The position numbers and the translations under genes are program-made. The notes beneath the pieces are model-generated. The model made no database searches and was not told the DNA's origin. It saw only the letters and a program-made list of their open reading frames with translations. A stretch of 63,664 bases of DNA, counting the filler, from Octopus bimaculoides (taxonomy: Eukaryota), in the NCBI RefSeq assembly GCF_001194135.2. It is 6 parts of 6 records of this genome, joined end to end, with 100 filler letters (N's around TTAATTAATTAA, not from the genome) between each part and the next. Parts side by side here need not be neighbours in the genome. Positions count along the whole stretch, not along the records: positions 38,219 to 51,536 come from NC_068985.1; positions 51,637 to 61,536 come from NC_068986.1; positions 61,637 to 63,664 come from NW_026402077.1; 3 more parts are not named here. One strand, written 5' to 3'. Shown here in pieces: positions 51,123-63,623 of the stretch; within the stretch, counting starts at the first letter, position 1; every line of letters starts with the position of its first letter.

Positions 51123-51131
51123 CATACATAA

Positions 51132-51162
<31 letters not shown>

Positions 51163-51282
51163 TATATATAAATAATATAGGGTAAGGTTAATTGATTAAT
51201 CAATCAATTAATTAATTGATTAATAGTTAATAATTTTACCAAGTAGTCAGTATGTGAAAATAACCTTTATAGGTGAATTATA

Positions 51283-51515
51283 CAAAATATTTAATAATTA
51301 TATACATAAATATAATTATAATCAGGGGTCAGCTAATTGCTTCGCCATGTACCAAAATTAGAAATTGCCTACATAAAAAAGTGTGTTATTGTCTCGGAGA
51401 TACTTGTGATAGTTGAAATGACATTAGCTGCTGTTTCGAATTTCAGTATGTAACGAAGCAATTAGCTGACCCCTGATTATAATTATATCTATGTATATAA
51501 TTATAGAATATTTTG
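51283..51515. mobile_element. MITE-like element: 62-bp inverted arms with a 109-bp spacer
   Basis: caaaatatt...ataatcaggggtcagctaattgcttcg (51283-51344) vs reverse complement at 51454-51515, 3 mismatches. Confidence 0.7.
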
Positions 51516-51784
51516 TGTGTATATATATATATATATNNNNNNNNNNNNNNNNNNNNNNNNNNNNNNNNNNNNNNNNNNNNTTAATTAATTAANNNNNNNN
51601 NNNNNNNNNNNNNNNNNNNNNNNNNNNNNNNNNNNNAGAATGTTCTCTATGTGGCTTGTGTGTTTTCTCGTCTACGTTTTGTTTGCAATGTCCTGTACCC
51701 AGATATGCACCTATACATACAGGTGGATGTCGGTATGCACATACCTGTACGTATATATGCATATACTCATTTACTATTTGTTTT

Positions 51785-51833
<49 letters not shown>

Positions 51834-51845
51834 GTGTTTATGTGT

Positions 51846-52046
51846 CTGTGTTTGTCCCCCCAACAAAGCTTGACAACCGATGGTGCTGTGTTTACGTCCC
51901 CGTAACTTAGCGGTTCGGCAAAATATACCGACAGAATAAGTACTAGGCTTCCAAAAAGAATAAATCCTGGAGTCGATTTGCTCGACTAAAGGCGGTGCTC
52001 CAGTATGGCCGCAGTCAAATGACTGAAACAAGTAAAAGAGTAAAAG
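51846..52046 (+). mobile_element. SINE family A tail module
   Basis: ttgtcccccaac...cgactaaaggcggtgctccag...gactgaaacaagtaaaagagtaaaaga. Confidence 0.85.
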
Positions 52047-52356
52047 ATGTATACATATATATATATATATCATTGATTTAAGTATTTGCACCCTTTTTTA
52101 TAATTGATATATGGGATTTTGAATTTTGTTGTGAAATGGTGATCACGGTGAAATTTCGAAGTGACTGCCGTCTCTAATATTGAATAAATAACAAAATTCT
52201 ATTTCCAGTATGAAGCCACTCATTTTCGGTTTATGCATTCGTGTTTTAAACGCCTAAATTTAAGACCGTTTAATTTTATACTCCCATACATACATACATG
52301 CATACATACATACATACATACATACATACATACATACATACATACATACATACATG

Positions 52357-52520
52357 ATTGGCACTTCGTCGGTTACGGCAATGGGTGTTCCAGTCGATCT
52401 GATCAACAGAATAACTTGCTTGTGAAAGTGACGTGCAAGTGGCTAAGCGCTCCACAGATACACATGTGCTTAACGTAGTTCTCAACGAGATTCAGCATGA
52501 CAGAGAATGTGATAAAGCTG
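52357..52520 (-). mobile_element. Tail of a SINE related to family C
   Basis: Reverse complement matches 53740-53826. Confidence 0.7.
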
Positions 52521-53513
52521 GCATTACTTTTTTTTTTCCACATTAGTAGAATATATGAAATTGGGTACAGATACAATGTCGGTTGGTGTTTGGAGTGAAG
52601 CGATTTTAAAAATGCATGCGTACCACATATACACGCATAGACAAACAAAGCCTTACATACTTATATAAGCCATGTATTTTTTTCACGTCTGGCCGTATAG
52701 CCTTTTTTTGTTTATTTTCACTGTTTCGTTTTCCTGTCTTGTTTTCTGTCCGCCACTACATTCCTCCGTGGTACAAATTTAATTTGTGGTCCGTGGGAAG
52801 AGCCATTCTAACGATGCGTCCTGCCCTAACCCTTCGAAGCGCTTAGTTTTAGAATGGTGGCAGCTGATGAAGGAAATGTTCTGTATGTGGCCTGTGTGTT
52901 TTCTGTACTCTGTTTATCATTTTGTCCACGTTTTTTTGCAACGTCCTGTACCCAGATATGCATCTATATGTACATGTAGATGTAGGTATGTACATACATG
53001 TAGGTATATATGCATATACTCATTTATTATTTGTATTATATATATATATATATNNNNNNNNNNNNNNNNNNNNNNNNNNNNNNNNNNNNNNNNNNNNNNN
53101 NNNNNNNNNNNNNNNNNNNNNNNNNNNNNNNNNNNNNNNNNNNNNNNNNNNNNNNNNNNNNNNNNNNNNNNNNNNNNNNNNNNNNNNNNNNNNNNNNNNN
53201 NNNNNNNNNNNNNNNNNNNNNNNNNNNNNNNNNNNNNNNNNNNNNNNNNNNNNNNNNNNNNNNNNNNNNNNNNNNNNNNNNNNNNNNNNNNNNNNNNNNN
53301 NNNNNNNNNNNNNNNNNNNNNNNNNNNNNNNNNNNNNNNNNNNNNNNNNNNNNNNNNNNNNNNNNNNNNNNNNNNNNNNNNNNNNNNNNNNNNNNNNNNN
53401 NNNNNNNNNNNNNNNNNNNNNNNNNNNNNNNNNNNNNNNNNNNNNNNNNNNNNNNNNNNNNNNNNNNNNNNNNNNNNNNNNNNNNNNNNNNNNNNNNNNN
53501 NNNNNNNNNNNNN

Positions 53514-53548
<35 letters not shown>

Positions 53549-53552
53549 CAGT

Positions 53553-53826
53553 GAAGGCACGTGCCTAAGTGGTTAGAGTAAGTGGTTCACGACCGTGACG
53601 TCGCGAGTGCGATTATCGGCAGCGCCTTGTATCCGCGAGCAAGAGACACTTTATTTTACGTTGCTCCAGCCCACTCAGCTGGTAAAAATGAGTTGTACCT
53701 GCAATTCAAAGGGCGGCCTTGTCATATTCTCTGTCACGCTGAATCTCCCTGAGAACTACGTTAATGGTGCATGTGTCTGTAGAGTACTTAGCAACTTGCA
53801 CGTTACTTTCACGAGCAGACTGTTCT
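53553..53826 (+). mobile_element. tRNA-derived SINE related to family C, different tail
   Basis: gaaggcacgtgcctaagtggttagag head, caagagacactttattttacgttgctccag core. Confidence 0.75.
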
Positions 53827-53982
53827 GTTGATCGGATAAATTATTATTATAATAACCACAAAAAACCTTGTATGTATGTATGTATGTATGTATGTATGTA
53901 TGTATGCATGCATGCATGTATGTATGTATGTATTTAAGAATATATAACATAATAGAATATATGTAGAATATATATGTATGTG

Positions 53983-54180
53983 TGAAGGCGCATGGCTCAG
54001 TGGTTAGAGTGTTGGACTACAATCATGAGGTAGTGAGTAAGATTCCCGGACCAGGCCGTGTGTTGTGTTCTTAAGCAAGACACTTTATTTCACGTTACTC
54101 CAGTTCACTTTGTTGTAAAAATGAGTTGCGACGTCACTGGTGCCAAGCTGTATCGGCCTTTATCATTCCTTTGGATAGCA
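53983..54180 (+). mobile_element. SINE family C, 5' part
   Basis: gaaggcgcatggctcagtggttagag...gcgacgtcactggtgccaagctgtatcggcc. Confidence 0.85.
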
Positions 54181-54394
54181 NNNNNNNNNNNNNNNNNNNN
54201 NNNNNNNNNNNNNNNNNNNNNNNNNNNNNNNNNNNNNNNNNNNNNNNNNNNNNNNNNNNNNNNNCGAAGGGGTTATTTTAAATATGTATGAGTGGGTGTA
54301 GATTGAGAAAGGGAGAGAGATAAAGTCAAAAGATTCAGGAATACTATTTTACTTTAATTCCTTCTTTCGGGCCATCAGAAATAGACTTGAAATA

Positions 54395-54827
54395 TATTCT
54401 TTCCTACTCTAGGCACAAGGCCCGAAAGTTTTGGGGAGGGGATCAGGCGATTAGATCAACCCCTGTACGCAACTGGTACTTAATTCATCCACCCCGAAAG
54501 AAAGAAAGGCAAAGTCAACCTCGACGGAATTTGAACTCAGAACGTAAAGACGGACGAAATATCGTTAAGCATTTCGCCCAGCGTGCTAACGTTTCTTATT
54601 TCTTTACTACCCACAAGGGGCTATACACAGAGGAGACAAACAAAGACAGACAAACGGATTAAGTCGATTACATCGACCCCAGTGCGTAACTGGTACTTAT
54701 TTAATCGACCCCGAAAGGATGAAAGGCAAAGTCGACCTCGACGGAATTTGAACTCAGAACGTAGAGATAGACGAAATACCGCTAAGCATTTCGGCCGGTG
54801 TTCTAAGGTTTCTGCTAACTCGCCGCC
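54395..54827 (-). mobile_element. Head-to-tail dimer of SINE family B
   Basis: Same two-unit structure and junction (gctaacgtttc|ttattttcttta) as 25901-26327. Confidence 0.9.
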
Positions 54828-57167
54828 TTAGGCTTGAACTATATTGATGAAATACTGCTTAAAGAGATGGTAGGAGTCAAAGGTTATAAATCTTTCATCT
54901 CCTAACATTGCGTATAGAAACAAAAAACAAAGTTAATAAAAAGTAACATTAACCTATCTCGGAAAAAGTTGTAATGTAAAACTTCCGTCAGACAAACGTA
55001 GTCTTCCTAAAATAGATCATTACTGTTTGATCTGTGTTTTTGATTCTTTGTTCTTCTGTACATCATGAAGGATGAGTAAATAATCTATATTTTTAATAAT
55101 AATTAAGAATCGTTAGGAAATATCATAAACAAAATTGCAGAGAATATGATTAATTACACGTTCACGAATGACCCAACTTAGCTAAGATGGATTTATTTCC
55201 GTGTTATACACAAGTTGGAACTCATGAGTTAACGTGTGTTTGAGCACACAAATACTCAAATATTTTCACAATCTCACCTTATTTCTTTTGGGTAACGAGA
55301 ATATGTCATCCTGAAAGGACTCGCGAACGTTTATGCGTGCCAGGGAGAGCACAGTATTCAGTAATAAATGAAGATCGATCATATGTGAAACCTCTTTTTG
55401 GAATGCTCTACTTGGTGGTCTCCAATTTCCTCGCATATCTACACAGAATCCAATCTATATTCCTCGTCTATATCATTTGAATAGCCCATCAGTTGCTCAT
55501 TCTCAGTACAAAAGACGAGAAAAGCCATGACCCTTTTCTGAGAAAGAGGAGAAACTTCTCACACTTGGGTTACCTTCTCTTTGGATTTACCTATTTCTTT
55601 GGATCCTTTATTATTATTGCTCCTTTGATTCTCTTTCTGATAGTTTGTTCTTGTCGATTGTTTTGCAGCCCTTTTCAACATCATCACGAGGTGATATGAT
55701 GGTGCAATTGGTTGCTGTGGCTGCTACAGAAGAAAGATGGACTGTGAGGTGACTAGCTTCTATGACCAAACTCATGTCGACGTCCTTTGCTACCGCTACA
55801 GTTTCGGACTGTAACAGACTGGGTGCTGTTGTTGGTAGTAAGGTCTTATCGTACTCATCTAGTACCGACGACAGAGTACGCTATCTCTTTATCCTCGGAA
55901 ATAAGTCACTACTTTTGCGGTCTATCCGCTCGTTAGTTTAGAAGTCTTAAAGTGATACAAATGAAGATAGTGATTTTTTTTACTGCTCAACGTATATCTA
56001 TGAGAAAGATAAATAAACATCCCGAGGAAACGATTAATTATATGAGTATTAATCCTCTGAAGTGATTACTAAATGAATAAATAGTTTAAAGACTATTTGA
56101 ATGAATAAAATAGATTAAATGGATATTGACTTCCTGAAGTGTCAGAAACAACGATTTAGATTAATAATAGTCCTATGACGTTACCCTTTTACACTCTATT
56201 CATTATTCATTTGGTAATTTTATAACCTCAAACTTTTAATCTTCATATATANNNNNNNNNNNNNNNNNNNNNNNNNNNNNNNNNNNNNNNNNNNNNNNNN
56301 NNNNNNNNNNNNNNNNNNNNNNNNNNNNNNNNNNNNNNNNNNNNNNNNNNNNNNNNNNNNNNNNNNNNNNNNNNNNNNNNNNNNNNNNNNNNNNNNNNNN
56401 NNNNNNNNNNNNNNNNNNNNNNNNNNNNNNNNNNNNNNNNNNNNNNNNNNNNNNNNNNNNNNNNNNNNNNNNNNNNNNNNNNNNNNNNNNNNNNNNNNNN
56501 NNNNNNNNNNNNNNNNNNNNNNNNNNNNNNNNNNNNNNNNNNNNNNNNNNNNNNNNNNNNNNNNNNNNNNNNNNNNNNNNNNNNNNNNNNNNNNNNNNNN
56601 NNNNNNNNNNNNNNNNNNNNNNNNNNNNNNNNNNNNNNNNNNNNNNNNNNNNNNNNNNNNNNNNNNNNNNNNNNNNNNNNNNNNNNNNNNNNNNNNNNNN
56701 NNNNNNNNNNNNNNNNNNNNNNNNNNNNNNNNNNNNNNNNNNNNNNNNNNNNNNNNNNNNNNNNNNNNNNNNNNNNNNNNNNNNNNNNNNNNNNNNNNNN
56801 NNNNNNNNNNNNNNNNNNNNNNNNNNNNNNNNNNNNNNNNNNNNNNNNNNNNNNNNNNNNNNNNNNNNNNNNNNNNNNNNNNNNNNNNNNNNNNNNNNNN
56901 NNNNNNNNNNNNNNNNNNNNNNNNNNNNNNNNNNNNNNNNNNNNNNNNNNNNNNNNNNNNNNNNNNNNNNNNNNNNNNNNNNNNNNNATATATACGATAA
57001 TAATTCTGCTTGTCAGTACGTTACTTAGCCCGTCGGTAATGCTTTCACGTGATTAGAGAAAAAAAGGTTGAGAGAAGCATGCACAACATGAGGTTGAGGG
57101 AACGCAATTGTAACGTTTTTACGTGATTAGTTGAAGGGAAAGAGAGACAGAACATGAGAAAGAAAAA

Positions 57168-57211
<44 letters not shown>

Positions 57212-57409
57212 TATAAGGCGAAGAGTGAGGCAGAAAAAGAGAGAAAGAAATGGGGAGAGAGAAAAGGCAGAGAGAGAACCGTCCATGACCTGTGAACGTA
57301 GTATTTATTGCGTGGTTAAAAAGTTAGTTGGAGGTAGTAATATAGAGGAGAGTAAGGAATATCATTTTAGCAGAGGGGTGATGTTCTGATGGTGAGATTA
57401 AAGAAAGAC

Positions 57410-57457
<48 letters not shown>

Positions 57458-57562
57458 TTTGGTGGTGGTGGGCTTGGGTGGAGGTGGCGATGGTGAGTGC
57501 GTAATGAAAGTAATTTTTTTTAATTGAACTAATTTTTTTTTATATCACCTATCACTTAACGC

Positions 57563-57800
57563 ATGCGCATCTCAAACTTGCCATTCATTATAGAAAGAAA
57601 CCAGTTTCTCGTTCGTCTGTCATATGCAATGACTATCAATAAATCACAAGGACAGACATTTAATAAAGTGGGGCTGTTCTTACCTGAACCTGTATTCGGC
57701 CATGGTCAGCTATATGTTGCATTCTCAGGGGCTCGCAAATTATCTGATGTCAGAGTTAAAGTTATCAACACTGACAAACAAGGGAAAATTGTTAAACTCA
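57563..57800 (+). mobile_element. Helitron PIF1-family helicase C-terminal fragment (probably dead)
   Basis: [45 protein letters not shown]: helicase motifs V/VI, with the conserved SR changed to SG. Confidence 0.88.
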
Positions 57801-58980
57801 ATATCTATATAGGCATTATCTTATTAATTATATTTCAGTTCGAGAATTCGAAAGAAGAAACTATAGTAAAATAATATTTGTGATTTTGTACAACTTTGTT
57901 TTATCTCACCCTACGTATCGAACCTCAAAGCCATGAGTCTTAAAGTCGCACAACGTATATACAATATATATTTGCAAATAAATATTTGTGTTGTCAAAAT
58001 ATTTATCTCATAATGTAACGTCTTTTGCGTATAATTTACTTTATTAATGCACTCGGCTGATATCTACGCCTTACAAGTTCCATGGTTTCCAACACTTGTT
58101 TTTTCAATAATCACTATTTCGATGTAACGACCGATACTTTTAAATTTCAATATAACCAACAAATATACAACTTCCGAAATCCAACAAGTCGCGCGCCACA
58201 CTTTTACAATACCTTTGAAAATTTGTGGAACAAATACAAAGGTTGACATCAGATGCAAAATTTGAGCCTATGCAAATAGATACCACTAATTTTCAAGATT
58301 CTGAAAACTATACACCAGTAACAGGCCAGGAATGTTGTTTCATTAAGAGAACATACGGGACACCAAATGAAACATTGTATGATTATGTAAGCATACAACT
58401 TCATATTTGTTGAATAAATACAAAAATCCTACACCGTTAAATATTTATTCACTTCACTTATTGTCATTACTACCAAGGTTCTTTAAAGAAATCTAATGCT
58501 AAAATAACCTAGCTAGATACATAAGCTGTAATGCCTATCAGTAATACACTACACACGCATACTTTAACAATTTCTTCGCTTAACCACTATTATATATTCC
58601 ATTTTCCATTTTCCGTCACTCCAGTTTCCACTCACTTTTTCCCCCCAAAGTACATATTATGTAACGTAAAAAATCTCATAAGTTACCGAGATTGCTACAG
58701 CCAATCAAATCCCGCGTTACTTCTCATTGAAGACCATTCACGACCAATCAAAAATACATTACATTTGAAATATTTTGTGACCAGAAATAAGTTCAATGTC
58801 TTTTTACTAATCAACAGTACTGATTCTTTTCTACAGTAAATTACTTTATAACACATATGTACACATACACGCATCTATCTATCTATCTATCTATTTATAT
58901 GCATGCATATATATCTTTCTATGATGTCTCTCTCTCCGTCCCTCTCTCTTTCTCTCCATATATATATATATATATATATA

Positions 58981-59270
58981 CTCTTTTACTCTTTTACTTG
59001 TTTCAGTCATTTGACTGCGGCCATGCTGGAGCACCGCCTTTAGTCGAGCAAATCGACTCCGGGACTTATTCTTTGTAAGCCTAGTACTTATTCTATCGGT
59101 ATTTTTTGCCGAACCGCTAAGTGACGGGTACATAAACACACCAGCGTGAACACACCAACATTGGTTTTCAAGCAATGCTAGGGGGACAAACACAGACACA
59201 CACACACACACATATATACATNNNNNNNNNNNNNNNNNNNNNNNNNNNNNNNNNNNNNNNNNNNNNNNNN

Positions 59271-59306
<36 letters not shown>

Positions 59307-59468
59307 GACGGGCTTCTTTCAGTTTCCGTCTACCAAATTCACTCACAAGGCTTTGGTTGGCCCGAGGCTATAGTAGAAGACACTTGCCCAAGATGCCACG
59401 CAGTGGGACTGAACCCGGAACCATGTGGTTGGTAAGCAAGCTACTTACCACACAGCCACTCCTGCGCC
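58981..59468 (-). mobile_element. SINE family A, full length, CpG-intact
   Basis: Complete head, microsatellite and tail. Confidence 0.92.
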
Positions 59469-59794
59469 TATGATATATATATATACATATATAAACACGG
59501 AGAGGAGACATGTTTTGAAGGTCATATTGACACAGCATCTTTTATTCTCTTCTTCCATCTAACTATTGCAGACATGATCACTTATTGATAAAAACCCAAA
59601 TATATTAAATAAATCGATATTTTCACACACGCCTATCCCCTCCTTCAGCCCCCCTCCTTTTCCGATCAGATAGATTATAGATCTCACATTCATTCTATTC
59701 CTTCTCTCATTCGCTCAGTCTGTTTCTAATTTCCTCCTTTTGTGTGCTAATATCCATACACAAACACATACACACACACACACTCACTCACAAA

Positions 59795-59828
<34 letters not shown>

Positions 59829-59928
59829 NNNNNNNNNNNNNNNNNNNNNNNNNNNNNNNNNNNNNNNNNNNNNNNNNNNNNNNNNNNNNNNNNNNNNNNN
59901 NNNNNNNNNNNNNNNNNNNNNNNNNNNN

Positions 59929-60127
59929 TTTATCACGTGCTTTTACTGCACCACCGAGCGCAGCTCTATGTGCCTTGGGTATGTGCAGTGGTTTGTCGTG
60001 ATGCTCTTATGGTTACTGTATTGAAAGTGTTTTACATAGGATGTGTGCAGTGCCTAGTAGTGTTATTTTCTGTATGTTATATATACTTGTTAGTCCTGAT
60101 ATTTTTGTTATGTACTTGTCTCAATAT
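59929..60127 (-). mobile_element. R4/Dong-like element 3' fragment
   Basis: Diverged homolog of 11990-12190. Confidence 0.8.
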
Positions 60128-60153
60128 TNNNNNNNNNNNNNNNNNNNNNNNNN

Positions 60154-60199
<46 letters not shown>

Positions 60200-60203
<4 letters not shown>

Positions 60204-60531
60204 TCAATAGTTTTATTCTTATAACGTGCTTTCACTTCACTACCGAGCGCAGCTCTGTGTGCCTTGGGTATGTGCTGTGGTTTGCTGTGATACTCTTATG
60301 GTTACTGTATTGAAAGTGTTTTGCGTAGGATGTGTGCAGTGCCCAGTAGTGCAATTTTCTGTACGTTATATATATTTGTAAGTCCTTGTGTTTTTGTTAT
60401 GTATTTGTCTGAATATTTTTTTATTATACCTAAGGCACCTACTATGATAGGAATTGTTTCTGTCTTTAGACTCCACATTCGAGTTACCTCTATTTCCAGG
60501 TCCTTTTGTATTTTGAAAGTTTTTGCGTTTC

Positions 60532-60533
<2 letters not shown>
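60200..60533 (-). mobile_element. R4/Dong-like element 3' fragment flanked by (AAT)n on both sides
   Basis: DLEIEVTRMWSLKTETIPIIVGALGIIKKYSDKYITKTQGLTNIYNVQKIALLGTAHILRKTLSIQ. Confidence 0.85.
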
Positions 60534-60585
<52 letters not shown>

Positions 60586-60712
60586 TGTTGTTGTTGTTGT
60601 CATCGTCATCTTCGTCGACGTCACCACCACCACCACCATCACCACCACCACCATCATCATCATCTTCTTCTTCTTCATCAGCATCATCACCATCGTCATC
60701 ATCATCATCATC
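60534..60712. repeat. Compound trinucleotide tract (TAT)n(TGT)n(CAT)n(CAC)n(CTT)n
   Basis: Directly visible. Confidence 0.95.
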
Positions 60713-61104
60713 ATGTCTTATTTTTGTAAACACTTCAGACACTTAGATGTTGAACTGTCCGGACATTTCAGTTAGTCCCTTACTGCTTCTTCTTCCACTG
60801 TGCCTTATATAAACAACACTTCTCTTAAAATTCCTTACTTTACCAAGAAGTGCTGTCGTCTGCGTAATCTGTAACCCTGTATTAATTCCGATTTTATTTG
60901 CATGGTCCTCGAAACTGTCCGATATGCATTCCGATACTCATCATCATCATCATCATCATCATCATTATTATTCAGTATCGTTAAATCCCGGGATGTTGAA
61001 TCCGTAGAAGTCAAAGAGTTGGTTACAGGCAATGTAACGGTCTTATGTAGGTTTACCAGATAAACTATCAACAGGCAGTTGCAAGGCATTAAACTATCTA
61101 TCTA

Positions 61105-61174
<70 letters not shown>

Positions 61175-61214
61175 CCTATCTATCTCTATCTATCTTTCTA
61201 CCTATCTATCCTTT

Positions 61215-61505
61215 CTTTTTTTCATTTTACTTGTTTCAGTCATTTGATTACGGCCATGCTGGAGCATCGCCTTTAGTCAAACAAATCGACCGCAGACTTA
61301 TACTTTGTAAGCCTAGTACTTATTATATCGGCCTCTTTTGCCGAACCGCTAATTTACAGAGACATAAACACACCAACATTGGTTGCCAAGCGATGGTGGG
61401 GGCGACAACCACAGACACACACTTACCCAGGGTGCCATGCAATGGGACTGAACCCGGAACCATGTGGTTGGTAAGCAAGCTACTTGCCACACAGCAATTC
61501 CTGCG

Positions 61506-61508
<3 letters not shown>
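61215..61508 (-). mobile_element. SINE family A with internal deletion
   Basis: Tail joined to the head at 61425, lacking the gtggatttggtagacgg segment. Confidence 0.85.
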
Positions 61509-61536
<28 letters not shown>

Positions 61537-61636
61537 NNNNNNNNNNNNNNNNNNNNNNNNNNNNNNNNNNNNNNNNNNNNTTAATTAATTAANNNNNNNN
61601 NNNNNNNNNNNNNNNNNNNNNNNNNNNNNNNNNNNN

Positions 61637-61795
61637 ATAACTGCACCTTTTTCTGTTTTAAAACCCATAAAAATAATTTTTTGGTGGTTTTGTCGGGCTG
61701 GAACGGATTAATTATATCTTAATTAATTTCAATGGGAAAATTGATTTGTAAAACGAGTAAATCGTAAAACGAGCTCGGTCATGCGAGGTATCTGA
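61637..61795. mobile_element. Possible non-autonomous Tigger-like DNA transposon end
   Basis: ggaacggattaatt...aatgggaaaa...cgtaaaacgag...cgaggtatctg resembles Tigger-type MITE termini; the other end would be in a gap. Confidence 0.35.
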
Positions 61796-61828
61796 ATATA
61801 TATATATATATATATATAATATATAGAA

Positions 61829-61937
61829 GGAGGAGACCCCCTTCGGTCATGAATGGCCATGGGATAGCACCTAGAAAGTTACCCACCGAGGCACAAAGTC
61901 CGGGCAAGGTTGTTTATGGAAGGCCAGCAGTCGCCCC
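61829..61937 (-). mobile_element. SINE family C tail
   Basis: Reverse complement of 35250-35356. Confidence 0.8.
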
Positions 61938-63218
61938 CTCCCCACACGCACATACACACACACATGCATATATAAGAGCTTTGTAGTTTGCTTGTTGAAG
62001 CAGTGTAATATCAAAGAAGGTAAAAAGAGAGAAAATAGACAGCTTCTGACAACGCGGAATGTTTTATAAAAACCTATATATTTCAGGCACAAAGACCCAT
62101 CTTCTGAAGAAAAAGCATTCTGGGAAATGTCCAGTTATGTAGCTTCTGTTAACCCATTCATATATAAATGGTTTTCTCTGAAGATGGGCTTTTGTGCCTG
62201 AAATATGAAGATTTTATAAAATTTCATGCATTGCAGAAACTTTCGATTTTCTCTCCTTTTTATCTTCTTCGACACGCACACACAGACACACACACACNNN
62301 NNNNNNNNNNNNNNNNNNNNNNNNNNNNNNNNNNNNNNNNNNNNNNNNNNNNNNNNNNNNNNNNNNNNNNNNNNNNNNNNNNNNNNNNNNNNNNNNNNNN
62401 NNNNNNNNNNNNNNNNNNNNNNNNNNNNNNNNNNNNNNNNNNNNNNNNNNNNNNNNNNNNNNNNNNNNNNNNNNNNNNNNNNNNNNNNNNNNNNNNNNNN
62501 NNNNNNNNNNNNNNNNNNNNNNNNNNNNNNNNNNNNNNNNNNNNNNNNNNNNNNNNNNNNNNNNNNNNNNNNNNNNNNNNNNNNNNNNNNNNNNNNNNNN
62601 NNNNNNNNNNNNNNNNNNNNNNNNNNNNNNNNNNNNNNNNNNNNNNNNNNNNNNNNNNNNNNNNNNNNNNNNNNNNNNNNNNNNNNNNNNNNNNNNNNNN
62701 NNNNNNNNNNNNNNNNNNNNNNNNNNNNNNNNNNNNNNNNNNNNNNNNNNNNNNNNNNNNNNNNNNNNNNNNNNNNNNNNNNNNNNNNNNNNNNNNNNNN
62801 NNNNNNNNNNNNNNNNNNNNNNNNNNNNNNNNNNNNNNNNNNNNNNNNNNNNNNNNNNNNNNNNNNNNNNNNNNNNNNNNNNNNNNNNNNNNNNNNNNNN
62901 NNNNNNNNNNNNNNNNNNNNNNNNNNNNNNNNNNNNNNNNNNNNNNNNNNNNNNNNNNNNNNNNNNNNNNNNNNNNNNNNNNNNNNNNNNNNNNNNNNNN
63001 NNNNNNNNNNNNNNNNNNNNNNNNNNNNNNNNNNNNNNNNNNNNNNNNNNNNNNNNNNNNNNNNNNNNNNNNNNNNNNNNNNNNNNNNNNNNNNNNNNNN
63101 NNNNNNNNNNNNNNNNNNNNNNNNNNNNNNNNNNNNNNNNNNNNNNNNNNNNNNNNNNNNNNNNNNNNNNNNNNNNNNNNNNNNNNNNNNNNNNNNNNNN
63201 NNNNNNNNNNNNNNNNNG

Positions 63219-63573
63219 GTTCAGTCTCACTGCGTGACACCTTGGGCAAGTGTCTTCTACCATAGCCTCGGGCCGACCAAAGCCTTGTGAGTGGATTTGG
63301 TAGACGGAAACTGAAAGAAGTCTGTCGTATATATGTATATATATGTGCATGTGTGTGTATATGTTTGCGTGTCTGCTTGTCCTCCCCAACATCGGTTGAC
63401 AACCGATGGTGGTGTGTTTACGTCCCCGTAACTTAGCGGTTCGGCAAAAGAGACCGATAGAATAAGTACTAGGCTTCCAAAGAATAAGTCCTGGGGTCGA
63501 TTTGCTCGACTAAAGGCGGTGCTCCAGCATGGCCGCAGTCAAATGACTGAAATAAGTAAAAGAGTAAAAGAGT
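63219..63573 (+). mobile_element. SINE family A
   Basis: From the B box to the tail gactgaaataagtaaaagagtaaaagag. Confidence 0.92.
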
Positions 63574-63623
63574 ATATATCCACACACACACACACACACA
63601 TACATACACACATGCATACACAC

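Noticed and set aside
52862-52885. Hammerhead ribozyme cores (CTGATGA here; minus strand near 30500)
   Set aside because: I could not build stem II followed by GAAA and a cleavage triplet.
60302-60775. Poly-D/G/N, poly-H and poly-S low-complexity proteins
   Set aside because: Frames of a compound trinucleotide tract; only the RLE fragment is real coding-derived sequence.
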